Source: Propionibacteriaceae bacterium
GTDB lineage: Bacteria; Actinomycetota; Actinomycetes; Propionibacteriales; Propionibacteriaceae
Direction: 5' to 3'
Assembly: GCA_009779115.1 (NCBI GenBank)
Contig: WREX01000001.1
Span: 10,878-74,877 of the forward strand
DNA length: 64,000 bases
The notes beneath the pieces were generated by a model that worked only from the letters and a program-made list of their open reading frames with translations, did no database searches and was not told where the DNA came from. The first letter of the stretch is position 1; each line of letters starts with the position of its first letter. Positions 34,501 through 42,019 of the stretch are shown here, piece after piece. Both the position numbers and the translations under genes were made by a program.

Positions 34501-34612
34501 GCGCGACCGGGAATCCCTGGCCGGCGATGGCCATCGCTGTGAAGCCAGTCGCCAGGACGACGACGGATCCCACAGAAAGGATTTTTCTCCACCAACGAGA
34601 TAGCATCCCCAT
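28511..34612 (-). CDS. giant N-terminally anchored surface protein: putative beta-propeller, about 9 cadherin-like/Ig-like repeats, about 5-6 FN3 domains
   Basis: 2033 aa. TM anchor: ILSVGSVVVLATGFTAMAIAG. Repeated Ca-binding-type motifs include NDTDEDGD, DPDGD, DNDTDPDGD, DNDVDPNG and DNDRDPDGD. FN3 signatures include PSGVSVVQIGDQQATLKWTPP. No LPXTG motif. Confidence 0.85.
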   Translation of the reverse strand: MGMLSRWWRKILSVGSVVVLATGFTAMAIAGQGFPVAQVNLNDSGVWVTSQQLQAVGRFNYAAQQLDSIAYVTDMSHFDVLQEGATVFVVDRDDGSVAPLNPANLTLGHTMMLGGGTDVELGGGMVGILIPGKGSFWLLPAAMVQGFDPESPATPAILTDLPKNAVMAVGQDGTAYVVDPGAGVEKTVRVDSDGSNPVVTDQAMNGLLADGTYAMTVVGAQPVLLSQQDSTLHLASGKTVGVQANEAAVDATSVSLQMVSAAASSVVYQTPTALVSQPLNGSQASVTQADDAGGVQVANPPVQLDGCTYAVWSATGAFLRDCPGDSNDLTTTIGPISATSDLRFRVNWGHIVLNELTSGAVWSVADRVVKVDNWNSMMDADKGDQDTQAKEEIDESVKPDRSAENHPPQAVDDQFGARPGSSVLLPVVENDTDEDGDLLTASLVGDAPAGTQLSLVYSQSVFQMTLPPTASGTLGFTYQVSDGRGGTSDAHVEVDVHPDAVNDPPAPIRATSLTVTSGHTVSYNVLSNWRDPDGDTIFLVGATCPPEDSVQALEDGSLAFQDGGISTGVKTIHIQVSDGRTVADGEVTVNVLPPGNRPPDPTPDLVSGTVGSQIVIHPLDNDTDPDGDALQLTSVSSDPRCSVAADTVAGTITAVCDEAGSVYLTYTVTDGPSTNQESWIRLLVLPAPDQDALPVAVPDTVLVSAGQETYVNVLDNDVNPMGYPLVVTSVDATADLPFVVSVIDYDRVKITPQKDFTSPVSFDYTISNGKGYATSRVTVVPIPAPDRIMSPVAADDQVTVRVGDIATVDVLANDSQPNGIPLKLLPDLSQTPNPDTEALVFASGNVVRVHARQTPGTYTALYQVANQTGSAEPDTGRLTIHVVSDDTGNDAPKPKQVEVRTLAGREVAVTIPLDGIDPNGDFVSLVGIGSAPSQGLITAVSSTGFVYSPGDTTTGADSFTYVVRDRKGLEATGQVLIGIAPASDQNEPPIAVTDTVETRPGRQVIVPVTDNDVDPNGNSCCSLVAGSAASDSFTATTQGNDVLITAPGQSGSYWGTYAITNGVGLQSTGIITVTVSPDVSLKAPILGDDTVSLTDALTHTSVDVSVRDNDRDPDGDVSQDYVTVADPSVSVNDGLVTVPITTQLQIIDYSLTDPDGLVGHGFITVPGVDTIPPQFNASANPLQVKQGESVTVSLSDYVVVRSGRTPKVTQADKVSAWNGSAEAPSSTQVTFHAPADYTGPAAILVEVTDGTSLEDDTGLTTMITIPVTVLPSDQVHPQPVIAMGNASVTVEAGQSAPVALAPLVKGADPTSHLSFTVAQPVNVKGMTSAISGGTLTVAADITVAKATKATVTVEVTDGRSTTQAQISVTVVGTTKPLPVAVDDQVPKASQGVATCVPVTANDVNPFPGTNLSVVGAVVESGQGTVSTGCDGNGVLVTPADVFLGQMVVRYTIQDQTGDPDRQAQGRIYLTVRGRPAAPSGVSVVQIGDQQATLKWTPPDNHGAAITGYTVTGVPGYTKQCPGTTCVLDGLTNNTTYTFTVTATNEVGVSDPSLASQEVRPDAVPDPMPTPGINWGDQSVRVTWPAGTSRGSPITSYNLRISPAPPSGQQVVTGVTGLSYTWTGLKNGTAYKVQVCAVNSAPDVCTDPSQWSAYSMEQTPAGPPAAPSAPTWTRLDPVGNEGRAQVCWNAPSDNGAAISTYTLTSSTGNVYTVSATGTQVCQTTTLSTSQNEYTFTVSATNKAGTGTASTPSAGFRSIVPPGAVSGLTSSDQNGSCALSFTAAPLNGAKASEVSYRWQASNGASGSFGASTSGTAALPNSNTGYTIQVWAETTVQSVSQDGPKTSVQNCRPYGPPNQPGANASQNGDAVSVSWTMPAENGRAISNLEVNIDSGGWTSVGATNGSQSVGSTCEQSHTVQVRAVDAQGQTSSVATASATAAACPAPPSCTYHVSGPTSVSITFSNMPADATQWWKYTDSGCGSNNGQPPGCFVHPGSGTFMVGGWKAGVNLQTHAVYFWFAHGDSGSSKIVDCTPA

Positions 34613-34848
34613 GACATTACCCCTTGTTCCCTGGCCTGCCGCCCTCCAGGTATCGCACGAATCCTAGGCAGACCTCAAGTCTCCAGACACGATGCTAACA
34701 CACCTCACCAATGCTGCTTCCATGGGGATTAATCCCTATCAAGCCCGGATTCACCGATTGCTGGCGTCGCAGCCGGTGCATTCGGGGCCAGCCCGGATCC
34801 ACTGGCAGCAATAACTGTGGAATTGACAGATCACGTAGAATTGCTTTC

Positions 34849-35088
34849 ATGACACGGGGTCTTCCGTTACTGCTCTTCATCGCGTGCACGATCTACACAG
34901 CTGTGCACGTGGTCCAGTCCGACTCCGAGCGAGTACGGGTGTTGCCGAAATTCCTCTGGCTGGTCATCGTCCTCGTCGTGCCTATCTTCGGAATGGTGGC
35001 CTGGTGGATTTTCGGGCGTCCGATCGACACCGGGTCCCTGCCGCCCCAAGCCCCGGATGACGACGCCGACTTCTTACGGCGTCTGTGA
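34849..35088 (+). CDS. small PLD-nuclease-N-terminal (PLDc_N) domain membrane protein
   Basis: 79 aa from ATG 34849: MTRGLPLLLFIACTIYTAVHVV...KFLWLVIVLVVPIFGMVAWWIFGRP. A TAGAAT hexamer ends 7 nt upstream of the ATG, so the mRNA may be leaderless. Confidence 0.65.
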   Translation: MTRGLPLLLFIACTIYTAVHVVQSDSERVRVLPKFLWLVIVLVVPIFGMVAWWIFGRPIDTGSLPPQAPDDDADFLRRL

Positions 35089-35090
35089 CA

Positions 35091-35540
35091 TCAATCGTCG
35101 CGGACCGTCAACGCCCATGAATCCGTGCCGAGCGCATAGGCTCCACGCCAGGGCCCATCCTGAAAGGTCACGCCACCGGGCGCATTGCCCGTGATGGCCC
35201 AGCCCAGACCCGGAAGAGTCTGGGTGAGGTACTCCTGCACGTCAGAAGCCTGGGCCGCTGGTCCGACCACGATCAACAGATTCGGCTGATCAGCGGTGTA
35301 CGTCAGTGTCACTCCTGCCGGGAGCCAGATGTCATTCGCAGGCCCGTTGGCCAATCCGAGTTGGGACAAGGACCGGCCATGGTCAGGCAGGACGACCGGT
35401 GTGCTCGGTGTGGAGCCAGCCTGGCCCGAAGCCTGAGAACATCCCGAAACGCCGCTCGCGAGGGCTCCGACTACCACCCAGGCGAGAATCGTCGTCACGA
35501 CGCCCGGCAGGTGCCGGTGTCGTTCGATGCTCACTGGCAC
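35091..35540 (-). CDS. hypothetical lipoprotein
   Basis: Signal peptide with lipobox ALASGVSGC. 149 aa. No family recognised. Confidence 0.6.
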   Translation of the reverse strand: MPVSIERHRHLPGVVTTILAWVVVGALASGVSGCSQASGQAGSTPSTPVVLPDHGRSLSQLGLANGPANDIWLPAGVTLTYTADQPNLLIVVGPAAQASDVQEYLTQTLPGLGWAITGNAPGGVTFQDGPWRGAYALGTDSWALTVRDD

Positions 35541-35828
35541 TTCTCAGTTCCTTCCCAGCGGACTGCCCGCACCCAGGCGTCTGAGATGATTCGGACACCG
35601 GCCCCGATGAACCAGCCTGACACGACCCACCACGTGAACCAGATTACTCCCGAATCCCATGGCTGCTACGCGACGCCAGCAATCGGTGCATCCGGGAAAC
35701 TCCCGCTCACATCCGTACTGGAGAAGAAGCATTCCCGTCATGGCCGTCCGCTGTGATGGCGACAACAAGGACGAGGGTTCCCACCCCCATCCCCTATACT
35801 CGACTTTCAGAAATCAACAGGAGGTCCC

Positions 35829-36809
35829 ATGACAGTGCTGGGCTTGATGGGCGAACAGGCTCCCCGGATCCGCGCGTCTGATCTGCTGACCGAGGACCAC
35901 CCCCATCGTCCGTACCCATCGGTGACACCAGTACGAAACTCCGCCTGGGTGCGGGGAGGGCTCTTCATCCTGGTCTACATTGTCGGCGTCCTGCTGTACT
36001 ACTCCATCAGTTTCGCCGTCACACCCGACACCCCGATGGCGAACTCCACGCCACAGATGATGGAACTGTTCGGCGCCCTGCTCGCCTACCTGGTGCTCGT
36101 CATGCTCACCGAACGGCGCGTTTGGCCCCATGAACTTCAGCCACGCCGAGCCCTCGGGGCCCTCAAGGGCATGCTCCTGGGCCTCATCCTGGTAGCGGTG
36201 TGCGTCGGCGTTCTGGCCCTGATCGGCACCTACCGGATCACGGGCTTCAATCTGTCGTACGCGCCATGGTCTGACCTACTGACGATGGGAGTCGTGGCCG
36301 GCGTGGCCGAAGAAATCTTGTTCCGCGGCATCCTTTTCCGCCTCGTCGAGGAAGGATTGGGCACCTGGGGAGCGGTGCTCGTCTCCGGGCTGTTCTTCGG
36401 CCTGATGCACTGGTCCAATCCCGACGGATCCTTGTGGGGCGGCATCGCCATCGCCATTGAAGCGGGGATCCTCTTCGCCGCCGTTTACACGCTGACCCGG
36501 TCCCTGTGGTGGACCATAGGGCTGCACTTCGCCTGGAATATCACCGAGGGTCCGATCTTCGGATCGCGCGTGTCAGGCAGCGGGGCACAGAACAGTTGGC
36601 TGACCAGCACCTGGTCGGGCCCCGACATCCTCTCCGGCGGCTCATTCGGCCTGGAGGGGTCGATTGTTCCCGTGGTCCTGCTCGGAGCGCTCGGCATCTT
36701 GCTGCTTGTCCACGCGCAGCGCAAGGGGCTGGTGGTACTTCCCTTGTGGGTCAGGAAACGGACCCTCACCCACGCGCCAGCAGATCCAACCCCCGGTCCT
36801 GCCAGGTGA
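35829..36809 (+). CDS. CPBP (CAAX) family intramembrane glutamic endopeptidase
   Basis: Motifs EEILFRGILF, FGLMHW and HFAWN within a polytopic membrane protein. Confidence 0.85.
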   Translation: MTVLGLMGEQAPRIRASDLLTEDHPHRPYPSVTPVRNSAWVRGGLFILVYIVGVLLYYSISFAVTPDTPMANSTPQMMELFGALLAYLVLVMLTERRVWPHELQPRRALGALKGMLLGLILVAVCVGVLALIGTYRITGFNLSYAPWSDLLTMGVVAGVAEEILFRGILFRLVEEGLGTWGAVLVSGLFFGLMHWSNPDGSLWGGIAIAIEAGILFAAVYTLTRSLWWTIGLHFAWNITEGPIFGSRVSGSGAQNSWLTSTWSGPDILSGGSFGLEGSIVPVVLLGALGILLLVHAQRKGLVVLPLWVRKRTLTHAPADPTPGPAR

Positions 36810-37248
36810 TCGCCCGCCTCACACCGGCTCGGGCACAGGTCCCGCAGTAGACCGGTCCCGACGGCCGGCGGTGGCGCAAGACCTCATGCCCCGCCACGCA
36901 CACCCCGCGCCACCGGGCCGACAGTCTGGCCTCAGGCACGTCGATGGTACGGCCACCGTCGTACCCCAAGGCGCGCGCTTGCTTCTTCCACACCCGTGAG
37001 TGTCCCGCTTGAGGTCCCACCAGCCCATGGGCGATCTCATGGAGGATCACCTGCTCGACCTCGTCGTCGGCCAGGTAGGCCACCAAGTAGCGCGAGCAGG
37101 TGATCGTCTGGTCGGCATAGTGGCAGCATCCCAAGCGAGTACGAGCATGGTCGAGTCCAAAGGACCACGACCCGCCGAGATGATGCTTCACCAGATCCGT
37201 ACCAAGAACTAAGGTTTGTTTCGCTGTCGCCACGGCGCCACTCGTCAC
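36766..37248 (-). CDS. SprT-like zinc metalloprotease domain protein
   Basis: HExxH motif [11 protein letters not shown], then [14 protein letters not shown], and a C-terminal Cys cluster CVAGH...CGTC. Confidence 0.75.
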   Translation of the reverse strand: MTSGAVATAKQTLVLGTDLVKHHLGGSWSFGLDHARTRLGCCHYADQTITCSRYLVAYLADDEVEQVILHEIAHGLVGPQAGHSRVWKKQARALGYDGGRTIDVPEARLSARWRGVCVAGHEVLRHRRPSGPVYCGTCARAGVRRAITWQDRGLDLLARG

Positions 37249-37706
37249 GCGCGGTGCTGCGCGTCACCGGGCTGGTCGCCCACAGTGGCTGCCACGTGGG
37301 CCAGCGCATAGTCGTACCCGGCCAGGCCGAGCCCCGCGATGACGCCGGTGGCCACGCCCGATATCACGGAATGATGCCGGAACTCCTCGCGCGCATGAAT
37401 GTTGGAAATGTGCACTTCGACAAGGAACGGAACCTCACGAGCCGCGTCAGCCAGGGCGTACGAGTAGTGCGACCACGCCCCCGGGTTGATCACCACCGGT
37501 GTGCCACGGTCGGCCGCCTCGTGGAGCCAGGAGATCATCTCCTGTTCCGAATCTGTCTGGCGTACATCGACTGTCAAGCCGAGACCGGAACCCGTGCCCA
37601 CCAGGTGTTCCGCCAACTGGGCATAGGTCACCAAGCCGTAGACGCCTGGGTCGCGGACGCCCAAACGCCCCAGATTGACCCCGTTCAGAACCACAACCTG
37701 TTTCAT
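37245..37706 (-). CDS. aroQ: type II 3-dehydroquinate dehydratase
   Basis: [33 protein letters not shown] and [18 protein letters not shown] are AroQ hallmarks. Confidence 0.95.
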   Translation of the reverse strand: MKQVVVLNGVNLGRLGVRDPGVYGLVTYAQLAEHLVGTGSGLGLTVDVRQTDSEQEMISWLHEAADRGTPVVINPGAWSHYSYALADAAREVPFLVEVHISNIHAREEFRHHSVISGVATGVIAGLGLAGYDYALAHVAATVGDQPGDAQHRA

Positions 37707-37742
37707 GACGACTCCTTTTCACTGCCACAAAGCCGGCAGGCT

Positions 37743-38729
37743 CTATTCTCTCACCGTGGCCAGATCCAGGTACGCGGCCGCGAACAGCCCCTGATGCAAC
37801 AAACTGGCGTACCGTTCGACTGGGTTACCGTCCATGCACCGGATCGTCTCCACCCGGACATCCCGGCTCTCCGCCAGCCGGGCCAGGTCCACGCCATAGG
37901 GGACATACTCCTCGTCGTCGAGGATGAGCAGGCAGAACCGGGTGACATCCGGCCCCCCTTCGACCGGATCCGCGAACAGGTCACGAGGCTCGGACTTCAG
38001 GAGCAGAGGGGCCAGAGCATGCTCGTCTGCTGCCAGAACAGGCAGTCCGGTGACGTCACGCAAGGCCTCGGCCACACGCCGCGAAGCCCTCGCCGCCAGG
38101 ACCGATCCTCCCCACAGTAGTGGCACGACATCGGCCAGCGCACAGGCCAGGTTCTTGGCCGGATTGACCTCCAGCCCGTGGCGTGGCCCACAGGTCTCGG
38201 CCACCGCGTCCAGGGCCGCTGCCGTGTCCTCCAGGTCCAGTCCGGGGCCCAAGTCCAGCAAGTCCAGGACTTTCAGAGCAAGCAACGCCGACACGAATGG
38301 ATCGTCCTGATGAGTCGGCAACATTTCCATCGACACCGACTCGTCCAGGATCGGGCACCCTTGTGGGGCGACGACGAGCAGCCAGCAACCTCGTTTGTGA
38401 GCCTCCACGCAGGCCGGCAACAGACGTGCGTCGGCTCCGGCCAGGACGATCACCAGGTCGAGAGGCCCGGCCCACGGTGGCAGCACCGTCATCGGCCACG
38501 CAACACACGGAACCGGACAGGACGGCTCGACCACAGCCCTGATCAAGCGTGCCTCCGCCCCGATGGCCACCACCGACCGGGGGCGAACCCCCCCCAGATG
38601 AGAGGCGATGTCCAACAGTTCGTCGGTGTGCTCCAGCCTGATCCGGGCACCGGTCAGAGCCAGGGCGCGAACCCGCTCCCCCTTGGCCAGCAAGGCCACG
38701 GGATCATCCAACAATGAATCGTCGAACAT
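37743..38729 (-). CDS. SIS-domain protein (PGI/PMI C-terminal-like), conserved neighbour of manB in actinobacteria
   Basis: 328 aa. The position relative to Trm112 and phosphomannomutase matches the conserved actinobacterial arrangement. Motif-level evidence is weak. Confidence 0.5.
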   Translation of the reverse strand: MFDDSLLDDPVALLAKGERVRALALTGARIRLEHTDELLDIASHLGGVRPRSVVAIGAEARLIRAVVEPSCPVPCVAWPMTVLPPWAGPLDLVIVLAGADARLLPACVEAHKRGCWLLVVAPQGCPILDESVSMEMLPTHQDDPFVSALLALKVLDLLDLGPGLDLEDTAAALDAVAETCGPRHGLEVNPAKNLACALADVVPLLWGGSVLAARASRRVAEALRDVTGLPVLAADEHALAPLLLKSEPRDLFADPVEGGPDVTRFCLLILDDEEYVPYGVDLARLAESRDVRVETIRCMDGNPVERYASLLHQGLFAAAYLDLATVRE

Positions 38730-38741
38730 GGCCGTGCCAGA

Positions 38742-38942
38742 TCAGGACCGCCTGGGAGGCAGTCGCGTGTCACGGGCTTCTTCGACGAGCATGACCGGAA
38801 TCCCGCCGCGAATGGGGTACGCCAATCCGCACGACACGGAATTGCATACCAGTTCCTTGGCGTCATAGTCCACGCTCAGATTCGAGTGGCAGATCGGACA
38901 AGCCAGGATCTCCAACAGGGTCGAGTCCAATTCCAAGGCCAT
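38742..38942 (-). CDS. Trm112-family small zinc-ribbon protein
   Basis: 66 aa from ATG 38942: [14 protein letters not shown]...[28 protein letters not shown] 1-nt overlap with the manB stop. The ORF track extends to 39065. Confidence 0.8.
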   Translation of the reverse strand: MALELDSTLLEILACPICHSNLSVDYDAKELVCNSVSCGLAYPIRGGIPVMLVEEARDTRLPPRRS

Positions 38943-40294
38943 CAGTTCTCCTTCACCAGATCCAGCACACGATCGCGCAGCCGGGCCATCAGATCCGGGT
39001 CGCGGGCTTCCACATTCAGTCGCAGCAGGGGTTCGGTGTTCGACCCCCGCAAGGATATCCACCACTGGTCGCCCAGGATCTTCACCCCGTCACCCCACTC
39101 CAGCCTGGCATCCTTGCCCATAGCCTCGGCGACGAGAGTCATCGACGCCTGCTGGTCGCGTACGTGGGAATTGATCTCGCCGGACGAGGTGTACCGGGTG
39201 TACTGGCGCACCAAAGACGACAAGGGCTGGTCGGACTTCCCCAGGGCCGACAAGACATGCAGAGCCGCCAGGATGCCCGTGTCCGCCCCGAAAAAGTCAC
39301 GGAAATAGTAATGGGCCGAATGTTCGCCGCCGAAAATGGCGTTGTGTTCAGCCATCAGTGCCTTCATGTACGTGTGCCCCACGCGCGAGGTGACCACCTG
39401 ACCCCCGTGCTCGGCGACGATCTCAGGCACCGCCGAAGAGGTGATGGTGTTGATGACGATCGTCCCACCGGGCTCAAGGCCCAGCTCGTCGACCGCGATC
39501 AAGGCGGTGATGGCCGACGGGGTGACGACCTCGCCCTGCTCGTCGATCATGAAAGCCCTGTCCGCGTCCCCGTCGAAGACGAACCCGATGTCAGCCCGAT
39601 GAGCCCTGACGGCGTTTTGCGCGTCGACTAGGTTCTCCGGTTCCAACGGATTGGGCTGATGGTTGGGGAATCTGCCATCGAGGTCCAGATAGAGGCCGAC
39701 AAGGTCGACATCCAGATGGGACAGCACAGCCGGAGCCGTCTGTCCACCCATGCCGTTACCCGCGTCGACGACAACCTTCAGATGCCTCATGCCCTCCAAG
39801 TCGACCAGTTCCACAAGGAACCTGACGTACTGGTCCAACGTGTCCCGATGCTCAACCGTGCCCGGATGCGGAGCCTGGACAGGCTGGCGGACACCGCTGT
39901 CAATGTCCACAGCCAGGCCGGCCAAGGTGGCCAGGAAGTCGGGTGTCACCGGTTTGGCCGCCGCTTCGCAGAATTTCATCCCGTTGTACGCGCTGGGGTT
40001 GTGACTCGATGTGATCTGCACCCCCGGACGATCAAGCGAACCGGAGGCGAACCACAAACCGTCGGTCGAGGCCAGTCCGATATCCACCACGCCGATCCCG
40101 CCCTGGGTCACCCCACGTACAAATGCCGCTTGAATTTCCGGACCGGTGATCCGCATGTCCCGACTGACAACGATCTTTCGTTCTGGCTGCAGCATGGCGT
40201 ACGCACATCCGATGGCCCACGCCCCCTCAGCATCCCAATCCTGGCCGACAATGCCGCGTATATCGTTGGCTTTGAAGATGTCGGGTTGTAGCAC
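38942..40294 (-). CDS. manB: phosphomannomutase/phosphoglucomutase
   Basis: FKANDIRG. Active-site loop: [14 protein letters not shown]. Mg site: FDGDADR. Sugar-binding: GGEHSAHY. Confidence 0.92.
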   Translation of the reverse strand: MLQPDIFKANDIRGIVGQDWDAEGAWAIGCAYAMLQPERKIVVSRDMRITGPEIQAAFVRGVTQGGIGVVDIGLASTDGLWFASGSLDRPGVQITSSHNPSAYNGMKFCEAAAKPVTPDFLATLAGLAVDIDSGVRQPVQAPHPGTVEHRDTLDQYVRFLVELVDLEGMRHLKVVVDAGNGMGGQTAPAVLSHLDVDLVGLYLDLDGRFPNHQPNPLEPENLVDAQNAVRAHRADIGFVFDGDADRAFMIDEQGEVVTPSAITALIAVDELGLEPGGTIVINTITSSAVPEIVAEHGGQVVTSRVGHTYMKALMAEHNAIFGGEHSAHYYFRDFFGADTGILAALHVLSALGKSDQPLSSLVRQYTRYTSSGEINSHVRDQQASMTLVAEAMGKDARLEWGDGVKILGDQWWISLRGSNTEPLLRLNVEARDPDLMARLRDRVLDLVKEN

Positions 40295-40368
40295 GATGCT
40301 ATTTTAGCCTGATCACTTGTCCACCTCAGCGAATTTCAGCGTGAAGTTGACACCATCCACATCCTTAT

Positions 40369-40383
40369 TGATAATGATTCTCA
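40369..40383 (+). promoter_or_regulatory. candidate Zur box overlapping a -10 element (GATAAT) of a possibly leaderless znuA
   Basis: TGATAAT-G-ATTCTCA is a 7-1-7 inverted repeat (6 of 7 pairs) resembling the actinobacterial Zur consensus TGAAAATnATTTTCA. GATAAT at 40370-40375 ends 7 nt before ATG 40383. The zur gene is in the same operon. Confidence 0.55.
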
Positions 40384-41282
40384 TGAAACTTCGCATCCTG
40401 ACCGTCGTCGCGATTGTGCCCTTGCTGCTGGCGGGATGCCAGGCAGCCCCCCCGGCCTCACCCCACACATTGTCCGTCGTCGTGGGACTGTATCCGTACG
40501 CCTATTTGGTCCAGACCATCGGGGGAAACGCGGTCACCGTGACCGACCTGACCCAGCCGGGCGCGGAGCCCCACGACCTTGAATTGACCGCCCAGCAGGT
40601 CGCCACCATCGCCAAGTCGGACCTGACAATCTACGAAGCCGGGCTGCAACCGGCCGTCGACGCCGCAGTCCAGCAGGGCAAGCCGGCCAACACGATCGAC
40701 ACGACCACCGTGGTGCCGCTGGAAGACCACGGGACTGGGATCGACGACGTGGGCTCGGGCAACCTCGATCCCCACATCTGGCTCGACCCGACCAAGATGA
40801 TCACCGTGGCCCAGGCCATCGCCCAGAAGCTGATCCAGATCGACCCGGCCAACCAGCCGACGTACACCCAAGGCCTTGTCACGCTGACCTTCACCCTGAC
40901 CGGGATCGACTCCCAGTACACAACAGGCCTAGCCTCTTGCCAGCGCACTGATTTTCTCACCACCCACGCGGCCTTCGGCTACATGGCCGAGCGCTACAAC
41001 CTGACGCAGATTTCCATCGAAGGTCTGTCACCCGACGCCGAGCCCAGTCCCGACCGAATCGCCGACATCCATCAGATCGTCCAGGACAAGGGCCTGACCA
41101 CTGTCTTCTTCGAACCTCTGACTTCACCCTCGCTAGCCCAGACCATCGCCAGTGACCTTGGTTTGGCCACCGACCAACTCGACCCCATCGAAGGACTGAC
41201 GAGCCAATCGCGGGGCAGCGACTACGCCCAAATCATGGCCTCCAACCTGACGGCCCTGCGCCAAGCGAATGGATGCGCATGA
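40383..41282 (+). CDS. znuA: metal (zinc) ABC transporter substrate-binding lipoprotein
   Basis: MKLRILTVVAIVPLLLAGC lipobox. Cluster-9 SBP features GAEPHDLELT and DPHIWLDP. Alternative starts lie at 40374 and 40317. Confidence 0.85.
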   Translation: MKLRILTVVAIVPLLLAGCQAAPPASPHTLSVVVGLYPYAYLVQTIGGNAVTVTDLTQPGAEPHDLELTAQQVATIAKSDLTIYEAGLQPAVDAAVQQGKPANTIDTTTVVPLEDHGTGIDDVGSGNLDPHIWLDPTKMITVAQAIAQKLIQIDPANQPTYTQGLVTLTFTLTGIDSQYTTGLASCQRTDFLTTHAAFGYMAERYNLTQISIEGLSPDAEPSPDRIADIHQIVQDKGLTTVFFEPLTSPSLAQTIASDLGLATDQLDPIEGLTSQSRGSDYAQIMASNLTALRQANGCA

Positions 41283-42019
41283 ACCTCATCGAGGTGAATG
41301 CCCTCAGCCTGAGCCTGGGCGGGCTGCCCATCCTGAAGGACATCAGCTTCACCGTCGCTCAAGGCCAGACGGTCGGCCTGCTGGGAGCCAACGGGTCGGG
41401 GAAATCCACTCTGGTCAAGGCGATCCTCGGGCTGTACCGCCGCCAACTCGGCACCGTGGTTCTGCTGGGCCAGCCCTTGGAGAAGTTCTCCGCGTGGGAC
41501 AAGATCGGGTACGTCCCGCAGCGCGCCTCGGTGTCCCTGCACTCCACCACAGTCTCCGAGGTCGTCGCATCGGGCACCCTGGCCAAACGGGCCGTGGGCT
41601 GGGTCGGGTCACGACAGAAAGCGGCTGTCATGGAGGCCCTCAGCCTGGTCGGGCTCGCCGATCAGGCACACGAACTGTATCTCCACTTGTCCGGAGGCCA
41701 ACAGCAGCGTGTTTTGATCGCCCGCGGGATCGTCAATCATCCGCAGTTGATCATCATGGACGAGCCCTTCGCCGGTGTCGACATCGCCAACCAGGGCGAG
41801 ATCGCGGCCACCCTGACCCGATCCGAGGCCACCTTGCTGGTCGTCCTCCACGAAACCGAGGCGCTATCCTCCAGCATCGACCGTTGCCTGGTCCTGCGCG
41901 AAGGCCGCCTGGTCCACGACGGTCCCCTGACACCGCCAGCTGCGCACGACCCCCACGAGACGCCCGCCCCCCAGTACACCCATCTCCTGACGGGAATGGA
42001 GCCGCAATGGACCTCCTAG
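41273..42019 (+). CDS. znuC: metal ABC transporter ATP-binding protein
   Basis: Walker A: GANGSGKST. Signature: LSGGQQQR. Walker B: IIMDEP. Confidence 0.92.
   Translation: MRMNLIEVNALSLSLGGLPILKDISFTVAQGQTVGLLGANGSGKSTLVKAILGLYRRQLGTVVLLGQPLEKFSAWDKIGYVPQRASVSLHSTTVSEVVASGTLAKRAVGWVGSRQKAAVMEALSLVGLADQAHELYLHLSGGQQQRVLIARGIVNHPQLIIMDEPFAGVDIANQGEIAATLTRSEATLLVVLHETEALSSSIDRCLVLREGRLVHDGPLTPPAAHDPHETPAPQYTHLLTGMEPQWTS

Noticed and set aside
9030-34612. The whole T7SS/PFNA-like region as a mobile genomic island.
   Set aside because: I saw no integrase, transposase, tRNA, flanking direct repeats or phage genes. Only the esxA-like gene and the 463-aa cargo gene look compositionally distinct, and the large genes have backbone-like GC.
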